Assembly (NCBI GenBank): GCA_039630085.1
Contig: JBCNVM010000011.1
Span: 1 to 37,252, forward strand
Length of the DNA stretch: 37,252 bases
Source of the DNA: Candidatus Caldarchaeales archaeon
Lineage (GTDB): Archaea; Thermoproteota; Nitrososphaeria_A; Caldarchaeales; Calditenuaceae
Reading direction: 5' to 3'
This document shows positions 8,389-16,616 of the stretch, in pieces (the stretch's first letter is position 1; each line of letters starts with the position of its first letter). The notes below the pieces were generated by a model. It searched no databases. It worked only from the letters and a program-made list of their open reading frames with translations, and had not been told where the DNA came from. The position numbers and the translations under genes are program-made.

Positions 8389-9156
8389 TCAGAAGTAGCC
8401 GTACAGCGTCAGGAGCAGCGAGGGGACGAACAGAGAAGCCCATGCTCTCCTGCTGTAGCTGAAGACCTTCAGGCCGTCAAGGGGGCCGAAGGGCAACAGG
8501 TTGAAGAGAGCGAGGAAGGAGTTGAGGGCTCCTATCACGAAGACCACCCTCGCTAAGGGGGACGAGGGCAACACGAATTGCAGCATCAGGGAGGCGGCGT
8601 AGCACAACAGCGCGATCGCGATGTTCGACGACGGGCCGACAGCCGCGATCCTCGCCAGCGCCCTCGGGTTCGGGAGGCCGAGGACGTTCACCGCTCCTGG
8701 AGCTATGACCTTCAGCGGCGAGAATACCGAAAGCAGCGTCAGCAGCGCGCCGATCGAGGATAGCCTGAAGACCGCGAGGTACCCGAGCCTCTGGGCCTCG
8801 AACTTGTGGGCCAGCTCGTGGACCAAGAAGGAGGCCGTGAAGGCCCCTACTGCGAGGACCAAATGCGGTAAGTCCGACCACCCGGTCCTGAGGAGCGTGA
8901 AGCCCACCGCGGTCACGAGCGCGGAGCCGACGGCCAAGTTCACGGCCTCTGAGCCGCTCAGCCTTACGGCGACCTTCTCTCGCCTACTCTCGCGGACGTT
9001 CGACTCGACGCGCTCGATCTCGACCGGCGACCTAGCTAGGTGAAGGTACTTGCAGCCGTGGGCCTCGGGGAGCCGGTGCTCTGCGCAGTGGTATTGCCCG
9101 CAGTAGGCGCACTTGAACGGGAGGACCTCCTCTTTTCCGCAGACAGCGCACCGCAT
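8389..9156 (-). CDS. AN1-type zinc finger fused to site-2 protease (peptidase M50)
   Basis: Start moved to ATG 9156 (TATA TTATAT ~30 nt upstream). CAVCGK...PFKCAYCGQYHCAEHRLPEAHGC is an AN1 finger; HELAH, AVGP and NLLPFGPLDG are M50 motifs. Confidence 0.9.
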   Translation of the reverse strand: MRCAVCGKEEVLPFKCAYCGQYHCAEHRLPEAHGCKYLHLARSPVEIERVESNVRESRREKVAVRLSGSEAVNLAVGSALVTAVGFTLLRTGWSDLPHLVLAVGAFTASFLVHELAHKFEAQRLGYLAVFRLSSIGALLTLLSVFSPLKVIAPGAVNVLGLPNPRALARIAAVGPSSNIAIALLCYAASLMLQFVLPSSPLARVVFVIGALNSFLALFNLLPFGPLDGLKVFSYSRRAWASLFVPSLLLTLYGYF

Positions 9157-9436
9157 GACGTCGTCTGCACACGTCGCCGGATCGATATAAGCTACATAGA
9201 GCTCGAAGGCGCCGTACGGGTCGAGACTTGAGAGACTCCCCGCACACCTCGTGCTCTTCAAGCGACGAGCGCATCACAGCCCTCGCGTTGAGCGCGACTT
9301 ATTGCCCGGACTCGCGTGTCACCGAACCCGAGGGGCCGGGTCCGAGGGGGCGTTGGGCTTAAGTCGGTCGGACATGCCAACGGCCACAGAGATGCGCGGG
9401 TTACGCATAAATTACGACCCGGCATATGTATACCCG

Positions 9437-9535
9437 GCCGGGGTCCCATAGCGGCCATTGGGGCGGCCTGGAGTCCCCGAATGGAAAGCCGCTGCCCCGA
9501 TGAGGGGCGCGCGGGTTCGAGTCCCGCCCCCGGCG
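9437..9535 (+). tRNA. tRNA-Ser(GGA) with a 13-nt intron in the anticodon loop (probably 9474-9486)
   Basis: Acceptor GCCGGGG/CCCCGGC with G discriminator; anticodon stem GCGGC/GCCGC encloses 20 nt instead of 7; long variable arm CCCC-GATGA-GGGG; T loop TTCGAGT. Confidence 0.93.
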
Positions 9536-9646
9536 TCGCGGTCGATCTCCGCTGTGATGCGACATGACTCCGGACCTGAGCCACACAGCTCGCCGACTAA
9601 TTTCTAAATAAGGCCGAGGGCACGCGGCGTCGGGTGACCCGAGCTA

Positions 9647-10741
9647 TTGGAGGCGAACAGGGAGGCCAAGCTGCTCGAGGAGTTCGGGCTGACCGAGCTC
9701 GAGCCCGGAGACCTCCCGATCGACCACCACTTCGTCAGGAGGGGGATAATCTTCTCGGCCAGGACGAAGGAAGAGCTCAGGGCCGCGATCGCGCAGACGG
9801 GCTACTACGTCCTCACAGGGATAATGCCGTCATCCGACAGGATACACCTCGGGACGATGGCGGTCGTCGAGGCCGTGAAGTGCTTCGCGTCCAAGGCCAA
9901 GTTCACGGTGCTATTGGTCGCGGACCTCGAGTCCCTCGCCACCCGTAACGTGGGGCTGGAGGAGGGGAGGAGGATAGCCCTCGAGAACCACATACCGACC
10001 TACCTCGCGCTGGGAATAGACCCGGAGAGGACCGTCTTCTACTTCCAGTCGGAGAACATAGACGTCCACAGGATAGCCGCTGACGCCGCGAGGGAGATCA
10101 CGCTCAACGAGTTCAGGGCCGTGTATGGGAACGCAGAGCCCTCGAGGATCGTCTCGAGCCTCTACCAGATCGGCGACGTGCTCTTCCCCCAGCTCGCCTT
10201 CGACCTCCCGGGCGTCATTCCGGTCGGACTCGACCAAGACCCGCACCTGAGGCTCGCGAGGGACTACGTCAGGAGGACTCCCTTCTTCAAGTTCAGGCCG
10301 ATCGTCGGCGCCTACATTAGGGACGTGCCCAGCCTCAAGGGCGAGGGGAAAATGAGCAAGAGCGAACCCTACTCCGCGATCTTCATCCCAGAGGAGGACA
10401 TGGCGGAGCTGAGGAGGAAGGTCTTCAAGGCCTTCTCCGGGGGAAGGGAGCCGATAGAGGTCCACAGGAGGCTCGGCGCGAACCTCGAGGTCGACGTGCC
10501 CTACCAGATACTGAGGTTCCTGCTGAGGGACGACGCGGAGTTCGAGAGGATCACCGAGGAGTACGGGTCTGGGAGGATGCTGAGCGGCGAGATCAAGCAG
10601 TACCTCTTCGACCTCCTCGCGGAGACGATGCGGGACCTGAGGGAAAGGATCGAGCAGTGCAGGGAACTCGTGAGGAGGGGAGGCGTGACTTTCGTGAGGG
10701 ACTCGAAGGAGCTGAGGGAGGCTGTCTCCTCGATCTCCTGA
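9647..10741 (+). CDS. trpS: Tryptophanyl-tRNA synthetase (archaeal type)
   Basis: Motifs RRGIIF, TGIMPSS..IHLG, PVGLDQDPH, KMSKS, AFSGGR and GRMLSGEIK. Confidence 0.95.
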   Translation: MEANREAKLLEEFGLTELEPGDLPIDHHFVRRGIIFSARTKEELRAAIAQTGYYVLTGIMPSSDRIHLGTMAVVEAVKCFASKAKFTVLLVADLESLATRNVGLEEGRRIALENHIPTYLALGIDPERTVFYFQSENIDVHRIAADAAREITLNEFRAVYGNAEPSRIVSSLYQIGDVLFPQLAFDLPGVIPVGLDQDPHLRLARDYVRRTPFFKFRPIVGAYIRDVPSLKGEGKMSKSEPYSAIFIPEEDMAELRRKVFKAFSGGREPIEVHRRLGANLEVDVPYQILRFLLRDDAEFERITEEYGSGRMLSGEIKQYLFDLLAETMRDLRERIEQCRELVRRGGVTFVRDSKELREAVSSIS

Positions 10742-10750
10742 GTCTGACCC

Positions 10751-11179
10751 TCAGGGAATCGAGTCGAGCGGCGTCGGGCTCTCCAGCTCGATGTAGGTGA
10801 CGTGGCGGAGCTCGCCGTCCACCCTGACCATGTGCTTCGAGGACTTTGGCGGGAGCTTTCTGCCGGTGAGCGCTGCCCTCAGCACGTCCTCCTTCGTGAC
10901 CGGAGGCCTGTTCTCCCAAGGCTCGACGACGATCTCCTCGCTCAAGTAATCGACGAAGTAGGCGGGGACGTACCGCTTCCCGAGTCTCTTCATGCAGTTG
11001 TACCTGTGGTGGCCGTCGATGATGGTCCCGGTCCGAACGTCGACCAGTATCGGCCTCTTCAGGGCGCCGTCCCTGACGATCTCCTGCAGCAGCTCCTCGA
11101 GGTGCTCCGGGTCGAACTGCTCGTGCTCCCTGAGCTCGTCGAGCCTCACCAACTTGGGCCCGCTTGTCAGGTTCTCCAA
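10751..11179 (-). CDS. Single-domain ParB/Srx-fold protein, SerK/SbnI-like
   Basis: Motifs LREHEQ, RPILVD, IIDGHHRY, VDY and TKEDV...G.KLPPKSSKH; TATA-like TTAAAT ~28 nt upstream. Confidence 0.8.
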   Translation of the reverse strand: MENLTSGPKLVRLDELREHEQFDPEHLEELLQEIVRDGALKRPILVDVRTGTIIDGHHRYNCMKRLGKRYVPAYFVDYLSEEIVVEPWENRPPVTKEDVLRAALTGRKLPPKSSKHMVRVDGELRHVTYIELESPTPLDSIP

Positions 11180-11319
11180 GTCGGGCCGTCGCGGAATCGG
11201 GTCGAATTTAACTTAGGCCCGCGCACTGAGCGCAACGGATAAAATCGGAGTGTGCGGTCGCTGCATACCTCGCGACTTCCGGCAATAGGCGACCCGTAGC
11301 CTTCGCCGATCGGTCCTCC

Positions 11320-11529
11320 TCACGACCCCTCTTTGCTCGAGAGCCACCAGGTGAGGTAGTCGTCCTTCCAGCGCCTGGCCCTCTCGACCCTCTCCCTCTC
11401 GGCCCTGGACCGCTCCGCCGCCTCTAGCAGCTGCTGGGGGTTCATCACGGCGCCGCAGGAGGTGCACGAGTACATCTTCGAGGACCGTTCGTAGACCATC
11501 GTCCCGCCGCACTCGGGGCAGACCCGCAT
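11320..11529 (-). CDS. Small zinc-ribbon protein
   Basis: CPECGG...CTSCG followed by a charged helix and YLTWWL tail; TTTAAA box at 11558-11563. Confidence 0.8.
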   Translation of the reverse strand: MRVCPECGGTMVYERSSKMYSCTSCGAVMNPQQLLEAAERSRAERERVERARRWKDDYLTWWLSSKEGS

Positions 11530-11634
11530 GCCAGATGCCCCAATTCAACGCTGTAGATTTAAACGTGAGTCCCCGTTTCCCCACGCTCCGTCCGTCTGTG
11601 AGGGACACCGGGGCGCTCTCCGCTCGCCGGCCGA

Positions 11635-12399
11635 TCAGCCCAGCATCAGCGTCCCACCGTCGACGACGATCACCTGGCCGTTCACGAAGCTGAAGAGGTC
11701 CGAGGCCAGCGCGAGCGCCACCTTCGCGACCTCCGAGGGCTCGCCCCACCTGCCCATCGGCGACTCCTCTGCGAGCGCGGCCCTCTCGTCCTCCCTGAGC
11801 ACGTCGTACGTCGCGGAGGTCTTGATGTTGCCGAGGGCCAAGGCGTAGGCCCTGACCCTGTACCTCTTGTACTCCGCCGCTACCGCCCTAACGAGCCCCA
11901 CGACCGCGAGCTTCGCGATCGAGTACGCCGAGCCGAACCTGTACCAGCTGAGGGCTGGAGTCGAGGAAGTGAGGATCAGCACCCCTCCCCCCAAGAGAGG
12001 AAGGAGGGCCTTCACCGCCCTGAAGCTGGACAGGAGGTCTACGTTCAGGATCTTGACCAGCTCGTCCTCGCCCACCTCCCCGATGCCCCTGTACCAGACC
12101 TCAGGCTCGAGCGGGTAACCGACGTAGCTGATCAGGACGTCGAGCCTACCGAAGGCCCTCGAGACAGCCTCCGCCAGCGCCCTCTCGGCCCCAGGTCTGG
12201 TCAGGTCGAGCGGAAGAGCCTCCGCCCTCGCGCCCCTCCGCCTGCACTCCTCCGCCAGGACCGCGAGGACCTCCGCCCTCCTCCCCGAGAGCAGGAGGCT
12301 CGCGCCCTCGCTCGCGAAGAGCAGCGCGGTCTCCCTTCCCACCTCTCCGGTCGCTCCCAAAATGACGCACGCCTTCCCCTCTAGGAGACCTGACCCCAC
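11635..12399 (-). CDS. Short-chain dehydrogenase/reductase (SDR)
   Basis: GATGEVG cofactor loop, FGRLD, catalytic YSIAK, PMGRWG and VVDGG. Confidence 0.93.
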   Translation of the reverse strand: MGSGLLEGKACVILGATGEVGRETALLFASEGASLLLSGRRAEVLAVLAEECRRRGARAEALPLDLTRPGAERALAEAVSRAFGRLDVLISYVGYPLEPEVWYRGIGEVGEDELVKILNVDLLSSFRAVKALLPLLGGGVLILTSSTPALSWYRFGSAYSIAKLAVVGLVRAVAAEYKRYRVRAYALALGNIKTSATYDVLREDERAALAEESPMGRWGEPSEVAKVALALASDLFSFVNGQVIVVDGGTLMLG

Positions 12400-12438
12400 G
12401 GGCTGTGAGATCGGCTCCCGAGTAAAGAACGGTGCCCC

Positions 12439-13905
12439 TCAGTACGCCCTACCGAAGTACGCGGTGACGCCGTCCTCCTTGCCGCAGACGATGCACGGCG
12501 AGAGGAGCGGCTCCCTCTCGAAGGGGATCACCCTGACCGTCGCGCCCGTGAGGTCCTTGATCCGCGTCTCGCACTCATCGGAGCCGCAGTAGGTCGCCCT
12601 CACGAAACCTCCCCTCTCCTCCAGCACCCTCGCGAACTCCTCGAGGGACTTGGCCTCGCTCAGCCTGGACCTGAGGAGCTCCTGTGCCTTCCTGAAGAGG
12701 TTCCGCTGGACCTCGGAGAGGAGGCCCTTCACCGCGGCCTCGAGCGAGGATTCGTCGACGCGGGTCCTCTTCAGCTCGTCCCTCCTGAAGAGCGTCACCC
12801 TCCGCTCCGAGACGTCCCTCGGCCCCACCTCGACCCTCACCGGCACCCCCCTGAGCTCCCACTCGTTGAACTTCCAGCCCGGCGTGTGCTCGGGGTCGTC
12901 GTCGAGGTGCGTCCTGACGCCCGCGCCCCTCAGCCTCGAGACCAGCTCCCTGCACTTCTCCAGCACGACCTCCCTCCCGGCATCGGTGTAGTAGATCGGG
13001 ATGACTACTGCCTGGATCGGAGCGATCTCCGGCGGAAGCACGAGGCCTCTGTCGTCGCCGTGGACCATTATCACCGCGCCTATCACCCTCCACGAGAGCC
13101 CCCAGGAGGTGCTCCAGGCGTAGTGCATCTGCCCGTCAGGTCCCAGGTACCTCACCTCGAAGGCCGTCGTGAAGTTCTGGCCGAGGTTGTGTGAGGTCGC
13201 CATCTGGAGGACCCTGCCGTCGGGCATCACGGCCTCGAGGGTCGTCGTGTAGAGGGCCCCGACGAACTTCTCAAGCTTCGACTTGTAGCCGGCTAACACC
13301 GGTATCGCCAGCTTCTCCTCGATCAGCTCCCTGTAGATCGCCAACATCCTCATCACCTCCTCGTCGGCCTCCTCCTTCGTCGCGTGGATCGTGTGGCCCT
13401 CCTGCCAGAGGAACTCGGAGGTCCTGATGAAGGGCTTGGTGGACTTGATCTCCGCCCTCAGCGCCGAGTTCCAGAAGTTGACGAGAACCGGCAGCTCCCT
13501 CCAGCTCTTGATCGATTTCCCAAAGGTCGCGTAGAAGAGCGTCTCCGAGGTCGGCCTGACCGCGTACCTCTCGGAGAGCTGGTCGTCCCCGGACATCGTC
13601 ACCCAGAAGACCTCTGGCGTGAAGCCCTTGAAGTGCTCCGCCTCCTTCCTCAGCAGCGACTCGGGTATCAGGACCGGGAGGAAGGCGTTCCTGTGGTTCG
13701 TCTCCCTGAACCTCCTGTCGAGGTGGATTCGGATCTGCTCCCAGATCTCGTAGCCGTAGGGAAGGAGGTAGATGAAGCCCTTGATCGGCGCGTAGCCCGC
13801 GAGCCCCGCCTCGACCACGACCTCGCCGTACCACTCCGGCAGGTCCTCCGACTTCTTCGCCTTCATCCCGAACCGATCGGAAACCTCCGGGTTTTGACCT
13901 TTCAT
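12439..13905 (-). CDS. proS: Prolyl-tRNA synthetase (archaeal/eukaryotic type)
   Basis: Start likely ATG 13905. Motifs VRPTSE, FIRTSEFLWQEGHT, TSHNLGQNF, PGWKFNEWE and a C-terminal Zn domain ending FGRAY. Confidence 0.97.
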   Translation of the reverse strand: MKGQNPEVSDRFGMKAKKSEDLPEWYGEVVVEAGLAGYAPIKGFIYLLPYGYEIWEQIRIHLDRRFRETNHRNAFLPVLIPESLLRKEAEHFKGFTPEVFWVTMSGDDQLSERYAVRPTSETLFYATFGKSIKSWRELPVLVNFWNSALRAEIKSTKPFIRTSEFLWQEGHTIHATKEEADEEVMRMLAIYRELIEEKLAIPVLAGYKSKLEKFVGALYTTTLEAVMPDGRVLQMATSHNLGQNFTTAFEVRYLGPDGQMHYAWSTSWGLSWRVIGAVIMVHGDDRGLVLPPEIAPIQAVVIPIYYTDAGREVVLEKCRELVSRLRGAGVRTHLDDDPEHTPGWKFNEWELRGVPVRVEVGPRDVSERRVTLFRRDELKRTRVDESSLEAAVKGLLSEVQRNLFRKAQELLRSRLSEAKSLEEFARVLEERGGFVRATYCGSDECETRIKDLTGATVRVIPFEREPLLSPCIVCGKEDGVTAYFGRAY

Positions 13906-13969
13906 GCGGCCGAGGCCCCGACCCGAGGCGAGGAAGGCGTATAGGCGGCCGGGGGGTCCTCTTCGCGGA

Positions 13970-14590
13970 ATGACCTCGCAGGCCGAGGAGGTAAGAGTCA
14001 GGCCCTTCAACCCCTACAAGAGGGCCTACAGGGTGCTGGGGGTCGCGGAGAGCTTCGGGCCTGGCGACTCGAGGGCCGTGCTGGGAGGGGTCGTGATGAG
14101 GGCAGACCTCCAGATCGACGGGATGGTCCTCGGGTCGTGCACGGTCGGCGGAATGGACTCGACCGCGGCGATAGCGAGGATGCACGAAGAGCTCGGGAGG
14201 AGCGACGTGAACCTCGTGATGCTCGGAGGCTGCATCATCAGCCTCTTCAACCTCGTCGACGTCAGGGCCCTATCCGAGAGGCTTTCCCTTCCGGTCCTCT
14301 GCGTAACCTTCAGGCCCTCCGCGGGGCTCGAGGAGCTGATCGCGACCAGATTCTCGCAGGACGCCCCCTCGAGGCTGGAGGTCTACAGGTCACTCGGCGA
14401 GAGGGAGGAGGTGAGGCTGAAGACCGGACACGTCGTATACGTCAGAAGGCAGGGGATCGCGAGGAGGGCGGCGGAGGTCGTCCTGAACTCGCTGACGCTG
14501 AGCGGGAAGGTCCCCGAGCCGATAAGGGTCGCGAGGCTCCTCGCGAGGGCCGCGAGGGACTTCAGGTCAGACGGAGGTCAGGGCCCGTAG
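13970..14590 (+). CDS. DUF99/UPF0215 family (endonuclease V-like) protein
   Basis: Motifs RVLGVAESF, GVVMRADLQIDG, TVGGMDST, FNLVD and GKVPEPIRVA; start uncertain. Confidence 0.85.
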   Translation: MTSQAEEVRVRPFNPYKRAYRVLGVAESFGPGDSRAVLGGVVMRADLQIDGMVLGSCTVGGMDSTAAIARMHEELGRSDVNLVMLGGCIISLFNLVDVRALSERLSLPVLCVTFRPSAGLEELIATRFSQDAPSRLEVYRSLGEREEVRLKTGHVVYVRRQGIARRAAEVVLNSLTLSGKVPEPIRVARLLARAARDFRSDGGQGP

Positions 14591-15612
14591 GTGGTGTGCG
14601 GCGGGATCACGACCGGGTCCGAAGGGTCCCCCTCTAACTCTACGCCTTCGGGAACGGTGGAGCCGGGCCCGAGGATGCAGTTCAGGAGCCTCGAGCCCTG
14701 CCCGACCCTGGCGCCCTCGAGAACCAGCGTCCTCCTGAGGCGTGAGCCCCTCCCGACTTTCGCGGACCCCATCAGGACCGAGAGCTCCACCGTCGAGCCC
14801 TCGCCGACGACCGCGCCCTCCCCGACGAACGACGTGAGGACCGAGGCGTTCCAGCCGATCGACGCGCCCCGCCCTATCGCGCTCCTCTCCCCCAGCTCCC
14901 TCTCGAGGGTCTCGACGTTCGCCCTGAGCAGCTCCGATGGGCCTCCGAGGTCGTACCACCAATCCCCGGGGTCCTCGACGACCGCTATCCTCCTGCCCCT
15001 CCTCACCAGACCGACCACCGCGTCGGTCAGCTCGTACTCGCCCCTGGGCGAGCGCTCGACGGCCTTCGCGACCTCGACGACCTCTCCGGGCAGGACGTAG
15101 ATCCCCGCGTTCACCAGCGCTGGAGGCCTCACCTCCCTCGACTTCTCGAGAATGCCCTGGAGGACTCCGTCCCTCACCAGCAGCGTCCCGAACCTCCATG
15201 GGTCGTGCCTGATCACCCCAAGGAGCCCTCCGTCCAGACGGCCGGCCTCGACCGTCTCGACCAGCCTCCTGACCGGCTCCGGCCTGAGTGTGACGTCGCC
15301 GTAGACCAAGAGGAACCTCTCCTCCCCCGAGACCGCGTCGCCGGCCGCCAGCAGCGCGTGGGCCGTGCCCAAGGGCGCCTCCTGCCTCGGGAACTTCACC
15401 CTGTCACTCCCGAACTCCGAGAGCGCCGAGATCACCTTCTCCGCGAGGTATCCCACTACCACGTGGACCTCCTCCGCTCCCAAGTCCAGCAGCGTCCTCA
15501 CGGTCCTCCTGAGGACCGGCTCCCCGGCGACGGGGAGCAGGTGCTTCGGCCGCTCCGAGGTCAGGGGGTTCATCCTCGATCCCATCCCCGCAGCCAGTAC
15601 GACCGCCTTCAA
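14578..15612 (-). CDS. Sugar-phosphate nucleotidyltransferase with C-terminal hexapeptide repeats (GlmU/RmlA-like)
   Basis: Motifs KAVVLAAGMGSRM, PKHLLPV, LGTAHA, YGD, SPRGEYELTD and a left-handed beta-helix tail. Confidence 0.9.
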   Translation of the reverse strand: MKAVVLAAGMGSRMNPLTSERPKHLLPVAGEPVLRRTVRTLLDLGAEEVHVVVGYLAEKVISALSEFGSDRVKFPRQEAPLGTAHALLAAGDAVSGEERFLLVYGDVTLRPEPVRRLVETVEAGRLDGGLLGVIRHDPWRFGTLLVRDGVLQGILEKSREVRPPALVNAGIYVLPGEVVEVAKAVERSPRGEYELTDAVVGLVRRGRRIAVVEDPGDWWYDLGGPSELLRANVETLERELGERSAIGRGASIGWNASVLTSFVGEGAVVGEGSTVELSVLMGSAKVGRGSRLRRTLVLEGARVGQGSRLLNCILGPGSTVPEGVELEGDPSDPVVIPPHTTYGP

Positions 15613-15733
15613 CCCGCTGGGCTCCGAGGCTCCCTTCTCAAAACTCCTACCGTTCTGGAGGGCTAGAACGCGAAGGTTTTAGCGCTCGAACCCGGGATAA
15701 CCGTAAATCCTCGAGGGCCCGCGAGTCCGGGAC

Positions 15734-16603
15734 ATGGAGCCCGTCGGGGTCGCGCTGGCTCTGGGGACCGCGTTCCTCTGGGCGCTCACCTCGGTCGCGA
15801 TGAGGAGGGCCACTAGGGACGTCTCTCCGGTTGCCGCCTCGGCCGTCGCGTCCCTTACGGGCCTCCTGATCGCGCTCGCGGCCACCCTAGCCGAGCTCTC
15901 GGCCGGGGGCAGGGTCCAAGCCTTCAGCGGAGGACTGGTGGAGGCGGTGGCGGCAGGGGCGCTGGTCTTCGGGATCGGCAGGCTCCTCTGGTACTACGGG
16001 ATAAGCAAGATCGGAGCGTCGAGGTCCAACGCGATCGCGGCCTCCGAGACCCTGATCGCGCCCCTAGTGGCCGTGGTCCTAGCAGGTGAATCGCCCTCGG
16101 CGCTGGTCCTAACCGGGTGCGCCATGGTCGCGGCGGGCGTGGCGATCGTCTCGCTGCAGAGGAACGACGGCTCCTCAGGCCAGGAGTGGACGCTAGGGGT
16201 CGCGGCCTCGGCCGGAGCCGCGCTGAGCTTCGCCCTCGGGGCGACCTACGCGAGGATCGCGAACGTCTCGATCGGATCCCCCTTCCTCACCACCCTGATC
16301 AGCACCGCGACCTCCCTCCTGATGATGCTCCTACTGACGGCCCGCACCGGCGGCCTCTGGAAGGCCCTCGGGAACGGGTTCGCGCTCGCCGGGAGCCTCG
16401 CGAACGGCCTCGCGAGCGTCCTCTTCTGGGGCTCGCTCTACTTAGCGCCGGTCAGCCTCGCGGTCCCCTTGACCCAGACGTTCCCGCTCTTCACCCTCGT
16501 GATAACTCTGGGCTTCGCAAGGGCCCTCGAGCATGTCGACGCGAGGACGGCGATCGGAGCGATAGCGGTGACAGCCGGCGCGGTGATGGTCACGGTGTCA
16601 TGA
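15734..16603 (+). CDS. DMT/EamA family transporter
   Basis: About 10 hydrophobic helices in two repeats, with EamA-like motifs. Confidence 0.88.
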   Translation: MEPVGVALALGTAFLWALTSVAMRRATRDVSPVAASAVASLTGLLIALAATLAELSAGGRVQAFSGGLVEAVAAGALVFGIGRLLWYYGISKIGASRSNAIAASETLIAPLVAVVLAGESPSALVLTGCAMVAAGVAIVSLQRNDGSSGQEWTLGVAASAGAALSFALGATYARIANVSIGSPFLTTLISTATSLLMMLLLTARTGGLWKALGNGFALAGSLANGLASVLFWGSLYLAPVSLAVPLTQTFPLFTLVITLGFARALEHVDARTAIGAIAVTAGAVMVTVS

Positions 16604-16616
16604 GGGTTCGGCTCGA

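Noticed and set aside
9190-9420. SRP RNA or RNase P RNA in the spacer before tRNA-Ser
   Set aside because: I did not find their conserved signature motifs on either strand.
10751-11179. ParB as a chromosome-partition or plasmid marker
   Set aside because: It has no HTH or dimerisation domain and no parA neighbour, and its motifs fit the SerK/Srx enzymatic branch better.
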